Below, in pieces: positions 36,127-48,197 of a stretch of 64,000 bases of DNA (position 1 is its first letter; each line of letters starts with the position of its first letter). The notes under the pieces were generated by a model. It had not been told where the DNA came from. It ran no database searches and saw only the letters and a list, made by a program, of their open reading frames with translations. The translations under genes were made by a program, and so were the position numbers. The stretch is taken from contig MU005981.1 of NCBI GenBank assembly GCA_010093745.1, positions 1 to 64,000 on the forward strand. The letters run 5' to 3'. Source of the DNA: Piedraia hortae CBS 480.64. Its lineage: Eukaryota.

Positions 36127-39100
36127 CTACTCTCCCTTCTCCCTCACCCTCTCCCTCTCAATTTGCTCCGGTCTTCTAATGGCAATATCCTTCGCCTTCA
36201 CCCCAAACGTATTCTTCAGCACCCTTTCCACCCCCCAACAGAGAACATAATCGAGCACCATCGCCGCCGTAAGGCGGGCCTTAAACGGCATGTCAAACTC
36301 AACAAGTTTCAACTGTTTATTCAACTCAGGCACAAATTCCGTCGCGCAGCTGAATGCCACTGCGCTTGTCAGGAGCAAGCCGTAGTACATCCCCTTGTTT
36401 TCGCTCAGACCCTCGCGGAAGGGACGGCCTTGGTAGTTGATCGCAAAGGTTGAGATTTGTTGGATGAGCTGTAAGAGGTAAATTGCCGAGTTAAGGAGCG
36501 AGGGCTCAAATGTACCATCAAGGTCGATCACTTGGCGCGGAGGCATGACCGCGTGGACATAGGTTGAGATGTATATCAGCGTCACCATGTGGATTGCGAA
36601 TTGCCCCAACACGGAAGGAATAATGTACCAGTTCCAGATGTTGTTCTGGGGACGTTCGGCTGAGAGTTTTTCGACGGGGCGGGCGCGGGAGATGGATAAG
36701 AAGCAGACGCTCATGAGGATTCCGCTTATTGTGACCTGCCCGTCGCCGAATTTGATTCCATCCAGGTAGAGGACGGAGAGACTGTAGGCGGAGATTAGAC
36801 AGTTGAGGGCGAGGATTTTGTACATTTGGATTGTGGCAACGAGGGTGCAGCGGCCTTGACGGATGATGTTGGGGATGGCAATCACGTTGGAGAGTTTTGA
36901 TGTAAACGGTGCTGCCACCGACGCGTCACCGAGTTTGATGGTGGGAGGGTCGTTTGAATTCAACTCGTCTTCCATCATTGACTGTTGCAGCTTTTCGGCA
37001 AAGTTGCCGGATGCTTGAACAGATGTAGAGCCACCGCCCTGGCTGTTCAACTCCCGCTCGACGGCTTTGGCGTGGTGCGGGTTCGTGGGACCAGCCGGGA
37101 AAAGATGGGCAATCGCCGGCGGGACGGGCGGTTTAGGCTGGTTGAACCGTTCCATCATGGCACACTGCTTCTCGTAAATCTCCTTCATCTTCGTCTCGCG
37201 GAAGTGTTTGGCGATTTTGTCAAGGTCGTCCTGGGTTCCGTTTAGCAGAGCTACACCAACGTGGGCCTGCTTCAACGCTCCGACGTCGTTGGTCCCGTCT
37301 CCTGCCATCAGAGTAGTATACCCCATCTCTTTCAGACCCAGGAGGATCTCCTCTTTCTGCTTTGGTGAAACACGGGCATACACCCAGGTATACCTCAGCA
37401 AGCTCTTCAGCCCCTTCTTCCCCTTGAACTTGGCCAGACCGTAGCCCGTGACACAGAGATCCTTCGTCTGCAGAATATCAGGATCAATATCCCCCTCTGG
37501 GTCTACAGGAATGCTGGTTTTATCGTCAATACTACGCCAAACAACCTTCTCACCGCTGTCATCATTCTCCGGCGCGTCAAGAATCAGAGTATCCCGGTCG
37601 ACAATCTCCACCTGCCTGGCAACATGCACAGCGGTAAGGGGATTATCACCGGTAATCATGACAACGCGGTGGCTGCTTTCGTTCAGCATCCGCACTGCTT
37701 TCAGAGCGTCATCCTTCAAAGGACACTGCAGCACAAGAAATCCAGCAAAGTGCAGATCCTTTTCCACATCTTCCCTCTTGAGGTCGTTGATCTTGCTCTG
37801 CTTCAACTCCTCGCCCTGCTTAAGATACTTGTACCCCAAAGCGAGGACACGAGCGCCGTTGCGGCTAAAGTACTTGAACGTCTCCTCGTACTTGGGCGGC
37901 ACGGCCACGAGCATCTTCTGGATTGTCTCTGGTGCGCCCTTGGCTCCGACAAACGTCCCGGTTGCTTTTTGTCCACTGTAAGCAGTAGCTACGGAGCTCT
38001 GTCTTTTCAGAGCAGATGAGAACTGGAAGCGACGTTTAATCTGGACAGAGTTGGGTCCTTTTACCTGGGACGTCAGGACATTCTCCTTTTCCAGTGACCA
38101 GCCGAGGGCTTCGAGGGTGGCCTTTTCCATTGGCTCTCCGACAATATCGCCCTCGTCGAGTCTGACCAAAGCGTGGGCCGTGGCAAGAGTCAGAGTAGAT
38201 TCGAGGCCGACCTCTGCCACTTTCTTCAACTGGCTCTGCGCTCCATCGGGCTCAGTCTTGACATCGTCCTTCCCCAGAGACAAGCCAGCTATGCCGTCAA
38301 CGAGTAAATCCTCCCCGGTGAGGGTACCCGTCTTATCAAAGCAGGCCACATCCACACGCCCAGCAAAGGGAATGCGAAAAGGCTCTGTGCAGAAAATGGC
38401 GAATTTGCTTAGCGCAGCGAGCGAGGTATTAACCGCCAGACTCAGTTCCATGGGCAGTTCCGGCGGCACAACGGATGTGATAATCAAAACGCAATCCAAC
38501 AACAACTTTGAGCGTTTCCTGTCCATCTTGACGCCTTCAACCCAGACGTACCACGACGCCGCAATGGCGAAGACGCAGAGAAACAGGATAAACAGCAACG
38601 CCTCGAGGTTATTCGCACTGACGCGTTCAGTGGAATAAATCATCGTACGCACCAACGCGCCCTGATTCGTCTCGAAACCCGTCTTGGTCACAACAGCAAG
38701 ACACCCTCCATCCGGCGGTGGAGGAACCATAGTCTTCGCCGAAGACTCTGCCACATGCTGCGTCTGCAGAACCTTTGTCCCTCCCCAGAGGAACGCATTC
38801 TTATCGATTCCCTCGGGCTCAAGCCGCGCCTCAGACGGACGCAACTGAATCGAATCCTTCAGCACCGGGGTACTCTCCCCAGACAGCATCGCCTCATTAA
38901 CAATTGCACTTCCCTCCACGAGAATCATATCGCACGCAACACCACTATCCTCTTTCGTCCTCCCCACGGAGGCCAGATCCCCGGGTAGCAAAGCATCACT
39001 CATGATCTCCATCCACTTCCCCTCCCTGGAGACCCAAACCTCATACGGCTTGATACTCATCCCCCTGAACTCCTTCAGCGTCCTCTGCCGCTGCCACACA

Positions 39101-39795
39101 ACCGTCGACTCAAACACGACGAGCATCAGCAGCGTAAAAAGCGAATAATACCAATATTCATCCAGCATCCACAGTCCCACGCAGAACACCTGAAAAACAA
39201 AAAACGGCGCAACGGCATGTTCCTTGAACAGCTCCGAGAAGGTCGGGATGGGGATGTCAAAGACATTCATTCCGTAGTAATCCTCCCTTTGCTTGACCTC
39301 CTTCGCATTCAACCCCCTTGAACCCTGCAAACCACCCACCCTCGGCTTCGGGTCAGCATCGATATCAAATTCCAACGGCGCGAAGCGTCCCTCCTTTAGC
39401 AAAAACTTCCTCTTTTGGAAAAGGAACCACACGCCTTGCGTGTCTCTGTGGAGGGTGCAGATTTCAGATGCGCCTGCGTTCTCGGCGGGAATGACTTTTA
39501 TGAGTTTTGCTTCGGAGATGGAGGTCACGCTTCGGGCGGTGAAGAGGGCGCGGATGTTGACGCTCCAGAAGGTCATGAGCCAGAGAAGGGATTGTAAAGT
39601 GAAGATTGTTCCGGAGAAGACAAAGGTCCATTCTTGCCCGTCGATGTATTTGGTGTAGTTGGTGGGGGAGAGGTAGATTGCGAAAAAGGCGGGCCAGAGG
39701 CCGATAAAGGGCCAGATATAGGTGTGGAGAAGGAAGGGAGTCGGAGTGTGGAGCGTTGCGGATTGAATTTGGGGGGTCGCGATTAGAGAGGTCAT
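36127..39795 (-). CDS. SPF1: P5A-type ATPase (ER transmembrane helix dislocase)
   Basis: PPELPMEL, DKTGTLT, KGAPE, TGDN, GDGTNDVGALK; 1222 aa. Confidence 0.97.
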   Translation of the reverse strand: MTSLIATPQIQSATLHTPTPFLLHTYIWPFIGLWPAFFAIYLSPTNYTKYIDGQEWTFVFSGTIFTLQSLLWLMTFWSVNIRALFTARSVTSISEAKLIKVIPAENAGASEICTLHRDTQGVWFLFQKRKFLLKEGRFAPLEFDIDADPKPRVGGLQGSRGLNAKEVKQREDYYGMNVFDIPIPTFSELFKEHAVAPFFVFQVFCVGLWMLDEYWYYSLFTLLMLVVFESTVVWQRQRTLKEFRGMSIKPYEVWVSREGKWMEIMSDALLPGDLASVGRTKEDSGVACDMILVEGSAIVNEAMLSGESTPVLKDSIQLRPSEARLEPEGIDKNAFLWGGTKVLQTQHVAESSAKTMVPPPPDGGCLAVVTKTGFETNQGALVRTMIYSTERVSANNLEALLFILFLCVFAIAASWYVWVEGVKMDRKRSKLLLDCVLIITSVVPPELPMELSLAVNTSLAALSKFAIFCTEPFRIPFAGRVDVACFDKTGTLTGEDLLVDGIAGLSLGKDDVKTEPDGAQSQLKKVAEVGLESTLTLATAHALVRLDEGDIVGEPMEKATLEALGWSLEKENVLTSQVKGPNSVQIKRRFQFSSALKRQSSVATAYSGQKATGTFVGAKGAPETIQKMLVAVPPKYEETFKYFSRNGARVLALGYKYLKQGEELKQSKINDLKREDVEKDLHFAGFLVLQCPLKDDALKAVRMLNESSHRVVMITGDNPLTAVHVARQVEIVDRDTLILDAPENDDSGEKVVWRSIDDKTSIPVDPEGDIDPDILQTKDLCVTGYGLAKFKGKKGLKSLLRYTWVYARVSPKQKEEILLGLKEMGYTTLMAGDGTNDVGALKQAHVGVALLNGTQDDLDKIAKHFRETKMKEIYEKQCAMMERFNQPKPPVPPAIAHLFPAGPTNPHHAKAVERELNSQGGGSTSVQASGNFAEKLQQSMMEDELNSNDPPTIKLGDASVAAPFTSKLSNVIAIPNIIRQGRCTLVATIQMYKILALNCLISAYSLSVLYLDGIKFGDGQVTISGILMSVCFLSISRARPVEKLSAERPQNNIWNWYIIPSVLGQFAIHMVTLIYISTYVHAVMPPRQVIDLDGTFEPSLLNSAIYLLQLIQQISTFAINYQGRPFREGLSENKGMYYGLLLTSAVAFSCATEFVPELNKQLKLVEFDMPFKARLTAAMVLDYVLCWGVERVLKNTFGVKAKDIAIRRPEQIERERVREKGE

Positions 39796-40036
39796 GGTGC
39801 ATGGAAGAGCGATATCAAGAGGGTCTGGTGGTGGAGGTTGTGTGCGTATTGAGTGACGTCAGGTACAGGCCTAGCAGATATGCTAACCGGAAGTGGAAGG
39901 AGTAGTGCTGATGGAACGGGGGCGACAGTGTCGTCACGACACAACTGAGGGAGGGTATTCTGCATGGCTGAGTACAGGTTTATATGTACAGGTAGAAGCA
40001 TCCACTACAAATCTATCTTACATCCGACCCCCGACC

Positions 40037-40783
40037 TCAACGCTCATTGTGGGCGTCAGTCGGGAAGTGCGTTCCCTCGTCCGCCTCTTTTTCGGCCTCC
40101 GTCTTCTTCTCCACAGTCTCTGTCGCCTTCGAAACAGCAGCCTGATCCGTTCCAGGCAACGTCTCCGTCTCAGGCGCAGGTGCAGCCTCTCCTTCCCCCT
40201 CTGCCCCTCCATCCTCATCCCACCCCCCATACACATCCGGATGCTCGAGAAAACACTTCCTCATCTCATTGAAGTGATCAATGCACTCGACGCCCTTGGG
40301 CTCCTCTTTTGAAAACACAAAACACCTGAAGGAATCCTTGAACTTTTCCCCACACGGCCCATGCGCCATGCCGCCGAGGCAGGGACAGTCCCAGTTGATC
40401 TCGCCTGTCTCTTCGTTGAACGCACCCTGTTCGCCCGCTTCTTCTTGCAGCTCGTCGGGCGTAGAGGTATCCGGGGCAGTCGGCGTTGTCGGGGTAGTCG
40501 CCGCGGCCTCCTTCTCCGTCCCCCTCACATCAACCGTCCGCGACGGCGCAATCCTCCTCAACCCTACCCCGTCAGCCCCATTCCTTTTAGCCTCACGGCC
40601 AAACTCACCCGTATCTCCCTCATCCGCAACCGTATACGCAGTATAGTAATACACGATACCTCCGGCAATGGCCGTCCGCGCAGCAAGACTCTTCCATGAC
40701 CTCGGCTGAGCAAAGCGCGGGGTATGAACGTATCTCTTCGCCGAAGGCGCAACAAACCTCCTCCTCGCTGCTGTTCGAAACAT
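40037..40783 (-). CDS. MIA40: mitochondrial intermembrane-space oxidoreductase Mia40; probable 45-nt intron at 40608-40564
   Basis: [16 protein letters not shown] with twin CX9C; Arg-rich presequence [10 protein letters not shown] and a hydrophobic segment. Confidence 0.93.
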   Translation of the reverse strand: MFRTAARRRFVAPSAKRYVHTPRFAQPRSWKSLAARTAIAGGIVYYYTAYTVADEGDTGEFGREAKRNGADGVGLRRIAPSRTVDVRGTEKEAAATTPTTPTAPDTSTPDELQEEAGEQGAFNEETGEINWDCPCLGGMAHGPCGEKFKDSFRCFVFSKEEPKGVECIDHFNEMRKCFLEHPDVYGGWDEDGGAEGEGEAAPAPETETLPGTDQAAVSKATETVEKKTEAEKEADEGTHFPTDAHNER

Positions 40784-41067
40784 TATTGATGTCGGTGGAA
40801 GGTGGAGGAAAAATTGGGTGACGTTAGGCGGGTCGGGCCGTGATCCGAGATAAGAAACTTCAGCTGGAAGACTTGGGGTTGGGGGGGGGGGGAGGAAAAG
40901 CGGGATGGGAGTAGGGTTGGGACTTCGCTGTTTGGGACTACACTGTCGCCTCTCGTGATTGAAGGGAGGGATTTGTTGAGGGTTTTTTTTGAGAGTTGAG
41001 GCTTCTTGCACCGGCCCGTCCCGATCGAGTAGTCCAACGTAACACAACATCACCTCGCGGAAAAAAT

Positions 41068-41805
41068 ATGGCTGTTCTACGTCCGGGAGATATGTTTGCT
41101 GCTGAATCGGATACTACCGCTCTACTGATTCTCAATTGTCCGATACAAGGGGTAGGGATGCTTCGCAAACTTCATGCAAATGTTGGTTACTGTATCTGTG
41201 CGGATGGAGGGGCGAATCGGGTTTATGATATACTTATGGAGGAGTATGGGGAGAGGGGGTGGAGGGATGCGTTGAAGGTTGCGTTGCCGAATGAGATTCA
41301 TGGGGATTTGGACTCGATTGAAGGGATGGTGAGGGAGAGGTATGCTGCGCTTGGGGTGAGGATTACGAAAGATGGGGACACAGAGTCTACCGATTTCGGG
41401 AAATGTATTGATATTTTGAGGGAGAGGGTGGATGGCTTGAGGGACGTGGTTGTCCTGGGCAGTTTGGGGGGTAGAGTCGATCAGGGTCTCGGCTTGGTGG
41501 GGGAACTGTTGAGGGTTGCGGGGAAGGTTAGGGTGTGGCTTGTTACCGAACGGTCACTTTCGTTCGTGGTTCATCCTGGTGAGACGACAGTCGAATTGGG
41601 CGAGTGGAAGCGGGGGAGTCATGTGGGGGTTTTGCCCGTTTATGGGCCGGCAACGCTGGGGACACATGGACTAAAGTGGGATGTCACTGCGTGGGAAACA
41701 GAAATGGGCGGGAAAGTGAGCAGTTGTAACATGTTGGCTGCGGACAGGGTTGTCATCCAGGTGAATAGGGAGGTTCTCTTTACGGTGGAATTGGCCATCC
41801 ATTAG
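41068..41805 (+). CDS. THI80: thiamine pyrophosphokinase
   Basis: [36 protein letters not shown] motifs. Confidence 0.93.
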   Translation: MAVLRPGDMFAAESDTTALLILNCPIQGVGMLRKLHANVGYCICADGGANRVYDILMEEYGERGWRDALKVALPNEIHGDLDSIEGMVRERYAALGVRITKDGDTESTDFGKCIDILRERVDGLRDVVVLGSLGGRVDQGLGLVGELLRVAGKVRVWLVTERSLSFVVHPGETTVELGEWKRGSHVGVLPVYGPATLGTHGLKWDVTAWETEMGGKVSSCNMLAADRVVIQVNREVLFTVELAIH

Positions 41806-42041
41806 GCTGCATTAGGCTTAGATAATTTGACAGGGTACCTGCTGCATGCAACATTACGTCACTGACAGCCACAGCAAAAAGTCTTTTTCTGAACCCTGGG
41901 CCACGGTGACTTCATCGACGACGTCGACGGCCTCCAGCCAATCACGCGGCCGACGACCCCCGCTGTTTGTCACATGGTTTGTCACATTGCTGCCCTTGCG
42001 CTAGACCGTAGGTGGATGGAAGAGTAGATTTTGCACACACC

Positions 42042-44838
42042 ATGGCCTGGCAACCGCAGCAAGAGCCGCTGGCGCAGCTGTCGCGGTATCTGCAGGAATC
42101 GATTGGCAGCAATGCCGCCGCCCAGAGGAATGCTGAGCAGGTAACAGGCAGCCAGAGGCAAAGAAGGAATAGAATGACTAACAGAACAGATGCTCCGCCA
42201 GGCAAAAACCTCGCCAGATATCAACAATTACCTCGCCTACATCTGTGCAACTCCGACGCCTCCGCCCGGAATCAGTCCGTCCAATTATCACATTGCCCGC
42301 AGCGCATCAGCCATCATGCTCAAGAATCAGATCAAGTCCGACTACGGGAACATGGCAGATCAGAACAAGACGTTTGTAAAATCCTCAATGCTCGGCGCGC
42401 TTCGGGACGACGATTTTCAAATCCGCAGCTTCGCAGGACTCGCCATTACTGAAATCATAAAACAGGGCGGCATCTTGAACTGGAAGGAACTGTTGCCGGA
42501 ACTCGTAGCTTTGGCTGCCAATGAGAGCGGACAGTTCTCGCCAAAGGCCCAGGATGGTGCCGCGGGAGCCCTCTGCAAAGTGTGCGAGGATAACAGGCGG
42601 TCATTAGAGACGAATTACCCGGGCGAGGGCAGGCCGCTGGACTTCTTACTGCCAAAATTGATGCTGCTGACGAACTGCTCAGAGGCAAAAGTAAGATCTC
42701 GAGCATTGGCGGCCCTTAACATGTTTCTCAGCATTCCCGTAGCCTCCACTGTGCGGGAGAACATCGTTGATATATTGAGGCAGGTTGTGCAGTTGACAAC
42801 AGACAACAGCGACGAAGTGAGGCGCTACGTCTGTAGAGCCTTTGCCCATCTCGCCGACAGCATGCCCCAAGTGCTTATTCCTCATCTCCAGGGCATCGTT
42901 GACTACGTCTTGTCGCAGCAAAAGGAGCAAAAATACGCAGATTTGGCCCTTGATGCGGCTGAATTCTTCTTTGAAGCCACCAGCAACGACACTCTGCGGT
43001 CTGAATTCGGCCCCTACCTCGACCGCATCGTGCCCGTCTTGGTTGAGTGCATGGTATATAGCGAGGAGGACCAGATGCGCATCGAAGCCGAGGCGGAGGA
43101 CGATGCGCAGGTCGAGGACGAGGCAAAGGATATAAAACCGCAGTTTGCAACCTCCAAGCGGACCAAACGTCAGACCAAAAGCTTTGCGTCAGACGACCTC
43201 AGCGAAGGCGAGATAGAAGACGACGATGATATCGACCCCGAAGACGAGTGGAATCTGCGCAAGTGTTCGGCAGGCTCGCTGGACTGTTTAGCAGATGAAT
43301 TCGGGGGTCAAGTGTTTGATGTCTGTCTGCCGTGGCTGAAGCAGAACTTGACGCACTCGGAGTGGCCGATGAGAGAGGCGGCAGTGCTGACGCTTGGAGC
43401 CATCGGTCCCGGGTGCATGGCCAGCATCAGCCAGCATCTCCCCAATTTGATACCCTATATGACCTCACTATTGAATGACCCGCAGCCTGTAGTTCGGCAG
43501 ATATCATGTTGGGCTCTGAGTCGGTATGCGGGCTGGGCCTCGTCCCTAGACGCAGCCGGCAAGCAGCAGTTCTTTGAGCCGATGATGGAGGGCATCATGA
43601 AGTGCATGCTGGACAAAAACAAGATGGTGCAGCAGTCGGCGGCGTCTGCGTTTGGGTCGCTGGAGGAAGCCGCCGGGGAAGTCCTGGCTCCATACTGCCC
43701 GGTCATTGTTCCACATCTCGCCCGCTGCTTCCAACAGTACAAGGAGAAAAACATGACTTTCCTCTACGAATGCGTGCAGATGCTGGCCGAGAATGTTGGT
43801 GGGGAGCTTGTCCAGCTGACCGACCCGCTGATGCAGGCTCTTCTTGGCCGGTGGGAGATCGTCCCCGACGAGTCTCGCGAGATATTTCCTCTGCTGGAGT
43901 GCATCGCTTACGTGGCCGGAGCCTTGGGTCCCGCCTTCGCTCCCTACGCCCGCCCCATATTCATGCGCTGCGTCCGCATCATCAGCAACAACTTGCAGAA
44001 CGAGGAGAGCGACAAGGACTTTCTCGTCACCAGCTTAGATCTCATGAGCAGCACCTTGCAAGCTCTTGAGACAAGATATAGCACCGAGCTCGCCGTGTCC
44101 GCTCAGCCCAATATGTTTGAGCTGATGGTGCACTGCATGCAGGACTCGAGCGACGACGTCCGCCAGTCTGCCTACGCCTTGCTTGGCGACTGCGCCATAT
44201 GCGTCTACCCACAGCTCCAGCCGTATCTCCCAACCGTGTTCAAAATCCTCATCCAGAAACTCGACCTCACTGCTCCTACTTCCAACCCGGAGACAACGCT
44301 ACGGGTCATCAACAATGCCTGCTGGTCCTGCGGCGAAATTGCCATACGGTCCAGCAGCGAACTCCAGCACTTTGTCGATGAACTCTTTCAAAGGCTAGCG
44401 ACCATTATGGTCAACCAAAAACTTCCTCCTGCTCTCAATCAGAACGCGGCAATGGCGCTGGGTAAGATTGGCATAAGTTGTCACCAGAGACTGGCCCCCC
44501 GCCTACAAGATTTTGCCGCACCCTACCTAGATGTCATGCACCAGATTTCGTGGACGGAAGAAAAGGGCGCTGCATACGGAGGCTTCGCCCTGGTTGTGCT
44601 GGATAACCCCCGGGCCATGGAGCAATGCCTTCTTAATCTGCTGATAGAAATTGCTCAGGCGCCGGATGACGTCCTCTTACAGTCGGCCGGAGGGGAGACG
44701 CTAAAGGTCTTGTTTGAGCGGGTTCTCGGGGAGTTTAAGGGACTAGTGGGTGCAAATTGGGGCGGTCTGCTGGCAAGTGGACTGCCGCCCGCTGAGAGGA
44801 ATGCGCTCTCAAGGGTGTATGGGGCACTGGCGACTTGA
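42042..44838 (+). CDS. KAP104: transportin / karyopherin beta-2; exons 42042-42140 and 42190-44838
   Basis: MAWQPQ start, HEAT repeats, acidic loop DIKPQF..DEWNLRKCSA, VRQSAYALLGD, NNACWSCGEI; 49-nt intron GTAACA..ACTAAC..CAG. Confidence 0.95.
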
Positions 44839-45161
44839 TACCTATATAGCGGGAAGATGTGCTGTCATGCTGGCTAGTGGTCTGCTGTAGAACTACGTGA
44901 TGTCTATGCAGAGTAGTAACGAAACGTAACCATCTATGACGGTGGCATCTTGCCAATAGGTAATGACCAATCACGGAAGACGACCAGATGCCACTGCGGC
45001 TCTGATTGGCTGTGTTATAGGCACAATAGGCAACAGCCATTACGATACAAAAGGATGCCCTCTGATTGGCTAATTTTCCGCTAAGGCTGCTGCACGTTCG
45101 ACCAATGACACGTCAAAAGACGCCCCACCCTAACCTCTCTCCAATTCTCTACGCACACAGC

Positions 45162-47607
45162 ATGAAGAAAATGTCCCGCCCAGCGCCGATACCGCCAGCC
45201 AACAAGGACGACATCCACGGCACGTGGCGGTTCCTGGAATGGGGCGTCAACCAAATCATGACGAACCTCAAGGAGGGCCTGGACCAGCCCAAGTATCTGT
45301 CGCTGTACACATCTATCCACAACTTTTGCACCGCACAAAAGGCGTCGGGCACGCAGGCTCTCGGCGCAACCCACCGCGGCGCTCATCTGCTGGGCGAAGA
45401 GCTTTACCGCCGTCTCGGCGACTATCTACAACGCCACCTTAAGGAAGTGCACCAGGAAATGGGCCAGCACGCCGATGAATCGCTCATAACGTTTTACATC
45501 GAGCAATGGGAGCGCTACACTACCGCCGCTAGGTTCAACAACAATCTCTTCAAATATCTCAACCGTCACTGGGTCAAGCGCGAAGTCGAGGAGGGCAAGA
45601 AGCACGTCTATGACATCTACACTCTGCACCTTGTCCGATGGAAGCAGGACATGTTCAGCGATACACAGAATACCGTTATGAGCGCTGTTTTGCGTCAGGT
45701 AGAGAAGCAACGTAATGGCGACACTATCGAGCAAAGTAAGATCAAAAAGGTCGTAGACTCGTTTGTCGCGCTCGGCATCGACGAGACAGACAGTTCCAAG
45801 ACGAATCTGGACGTATATCGTCGGTACTTTGAGACGCCTTTCGTCGCCGCCACCAGAGAATACTACCGCAAGGAGTCTAGGACGTTCTTGATGTCCAATA
45901 CGGTAGTAGAATACATGGCAAAGGCGGAAGCCCGGTTGGACGAGGAGAAGCAGCGTGTGCCGTTGTATCTGCTGCACGAGATGATGCAGCCGTTGATGCG
46001 GGCGTGTGAAGAGGTGCTAATCACCGAGCATGTAGAGCTCTTGCGAGACGAGTTCCAACTCCTGCTTGACGAGAACAGGGAGCAAGACATGGCTCGCATG
46101 TATAATCTGTTGTCACGCATCCCGTCGGCTCTGGAGCCGCTGAGGCAGAAATTTGAACTGCATGTGCGTCGTGCGGGCTTGGCAGCGGTGGAGAGAGTGG
46201 CCAGCCAGGCAGAAAAGGACATTGATCCCAAGATATTTATAGATTCGCTGCTGGAGGTGCATAGGCAGTATTCCGGGCTGGTGACGCGGTCGTTCCGGGG
46301 TGAGGATGCCTTTGTGCGTGCCCTGGACAATGCCTGTAGGGAGTACATCAACAGGAACAAACTCTGCGCAAAGACGTCTGCCCGCACGCCTGAGATGCTG
46401 GCCAAGCACGCTGACAACCTGCTGAAACGGTCGACCAAGGCCACAGAGGAAGACGACATGGAGCAGACGCAGAACGACATCATGACCATCTTCAAGTACA
46501 TTGAGGATCGGGACGTGTTCCAAAAGTTCTACGCCAAAACGCTGGCCAAGCGTCTCGTCAACGGGACGTCTGCCTCCCCCGATGCTGAGACGTCGATGAT
46601 CTCCAAGCTCAAAGACGCCTCGGGGTTCGAATACACAAACAAACTCCAGCGCATGTTCCAGGACATCCAGACCTCTCGGGACCTGAACGTCTGCTATGAC
46701 GAATACTGCACCAACATGTCCAACGAGTCCGGCGACGTTAAAGGCGGGCTAGACACGTATTTCCAGGTCCTCGGCACCGGCTTCTGGCCTTTACAGCCTC
46801 CAACAACAACCTTCCTCCCTCCCGAGCAACTAGTCAAAACCTACGAACGCTTCCAAGCCTTTTACGCAAGCAAGCACTCGGGTCGCAAGCTAACCTGGCT
46901 CTGGCATCTCTGTAAAGGCGAAATCCGCGCCAACTACGCCAAAACCAACAAAGTCCCCTACACCTTCCAAGTATCGACCTACCAAATGGCCATTCTATTG
47001 CTATTCAACGACTCCCTAACCGTCTCGTACGACCATATGCTCGAGGCCACGGACTTACAAAAGGAAACCCTCGATCCCTCGATTGCGATCATGGTCAAGG
47101 CCAAGGTTATCATTCCTCAACCTGAAGGTGCAACGCCGAAGTCGGGAACGGAGTATAAACTCAACACGGCGTTTAAGAGTAAAAAATTGAAGATTAATCT
47201 CAACATGGCGATCAAGTCCGAGCAGAAGGTAGAGGTTGAAGAAACGCATAAGACGATTGAGGAGGATCGAAAGATGCTTATTCAGGTTAGTACATCCTGA
47301 GGGTGGTGGGTGGCAACCTTGGGGGAACGAGCTTTGTGGTTCGCCTAGGGTTTGTCGAGTGCCTGCGACCCTCCTCCCCCTCCCCTCCCGACACACCCCA
47401 TGCTAACATTTTTCACAGTCGGCAATAGTCCGCATAATGAAGTCCCGCAAGAAAATGAAACATTCGGAACTGGTAAGCGACGCCATCGGCCAGATTAAGT
47501 CAAGATTCACGCCCCGCGTGGCGGACATCAAAAAGTGCATCGACATCCTCATCGAAAAGGAGTACCTCGAACGGTTGGAGGATAATGAATTGGGGTATTT
47601 GGCTTGA
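45162..47607 (+). CDS. CUL1: Cullin-1 (SCF scaffold); exons 45162-47285 and 47419-47607; start could be 45171
   Basis: [45 protein letters not shown]; splicing restores the neddylation site [13 protein letters not shown]. Confidence 0.96.
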
Positions 47608-47854
47608 TGGGGTAGAGCGATAGGGTGGGTAGATGGTATGGATGAGACTATTACATCGCTGGGGGAGTGACATGGTATGTGACGTTGGGGATCGATGTGG
47701 GCTAGTTGGAATGTGGTGGTTGGTAGTTTGTGGGTCGAGAGGGTGAGTATGCCCGGAGATATGTGACCTCAGTGCACTGTCATGAGCGTGTGGTTTTAGG
47801 GATGTGCAGAGGTCCATCTCCTTTGATTCGGTCTTGGGCTTTGGAGGGACTTCG

Positions 47855-48197
47855 TGTTGGATTCAAGCATCGCCGCTAGCGCGTATGCGGTGCACTTGCA
47901 TAGCAAGTCAGCGATATCCCTTACACTACCCGCTGCACCCTAGGTTTTTCCCTCACAGAGGCTTTCCCTCAGGGTCATGTCATATATGACATGGCGAATG
48001 CGACCGTCCCACCGGTACAGAAATTCTTTTCTGAACGTCCCCTCATAGAAATAGTCATACATACTGTCATATAGACACTGGTATTGACTCCTATCCATCT
48101 GCATCTGTCCTGTCCCTGTTGTCGATTCCCGTATATCGCTACATCCTCCTAGATGGGGCCGCTGCGCACTCCCATCCACGAGAGCCCTATCGCTACA
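47855..48197 (+). mobile_element. solo LTR, family B (343 bp), TSD CTTCG
   Basis: TGT...ACA termini; CTTCG at 47850-47854 and 48198-48202; paralog at 18058. Confidence 0.95.
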
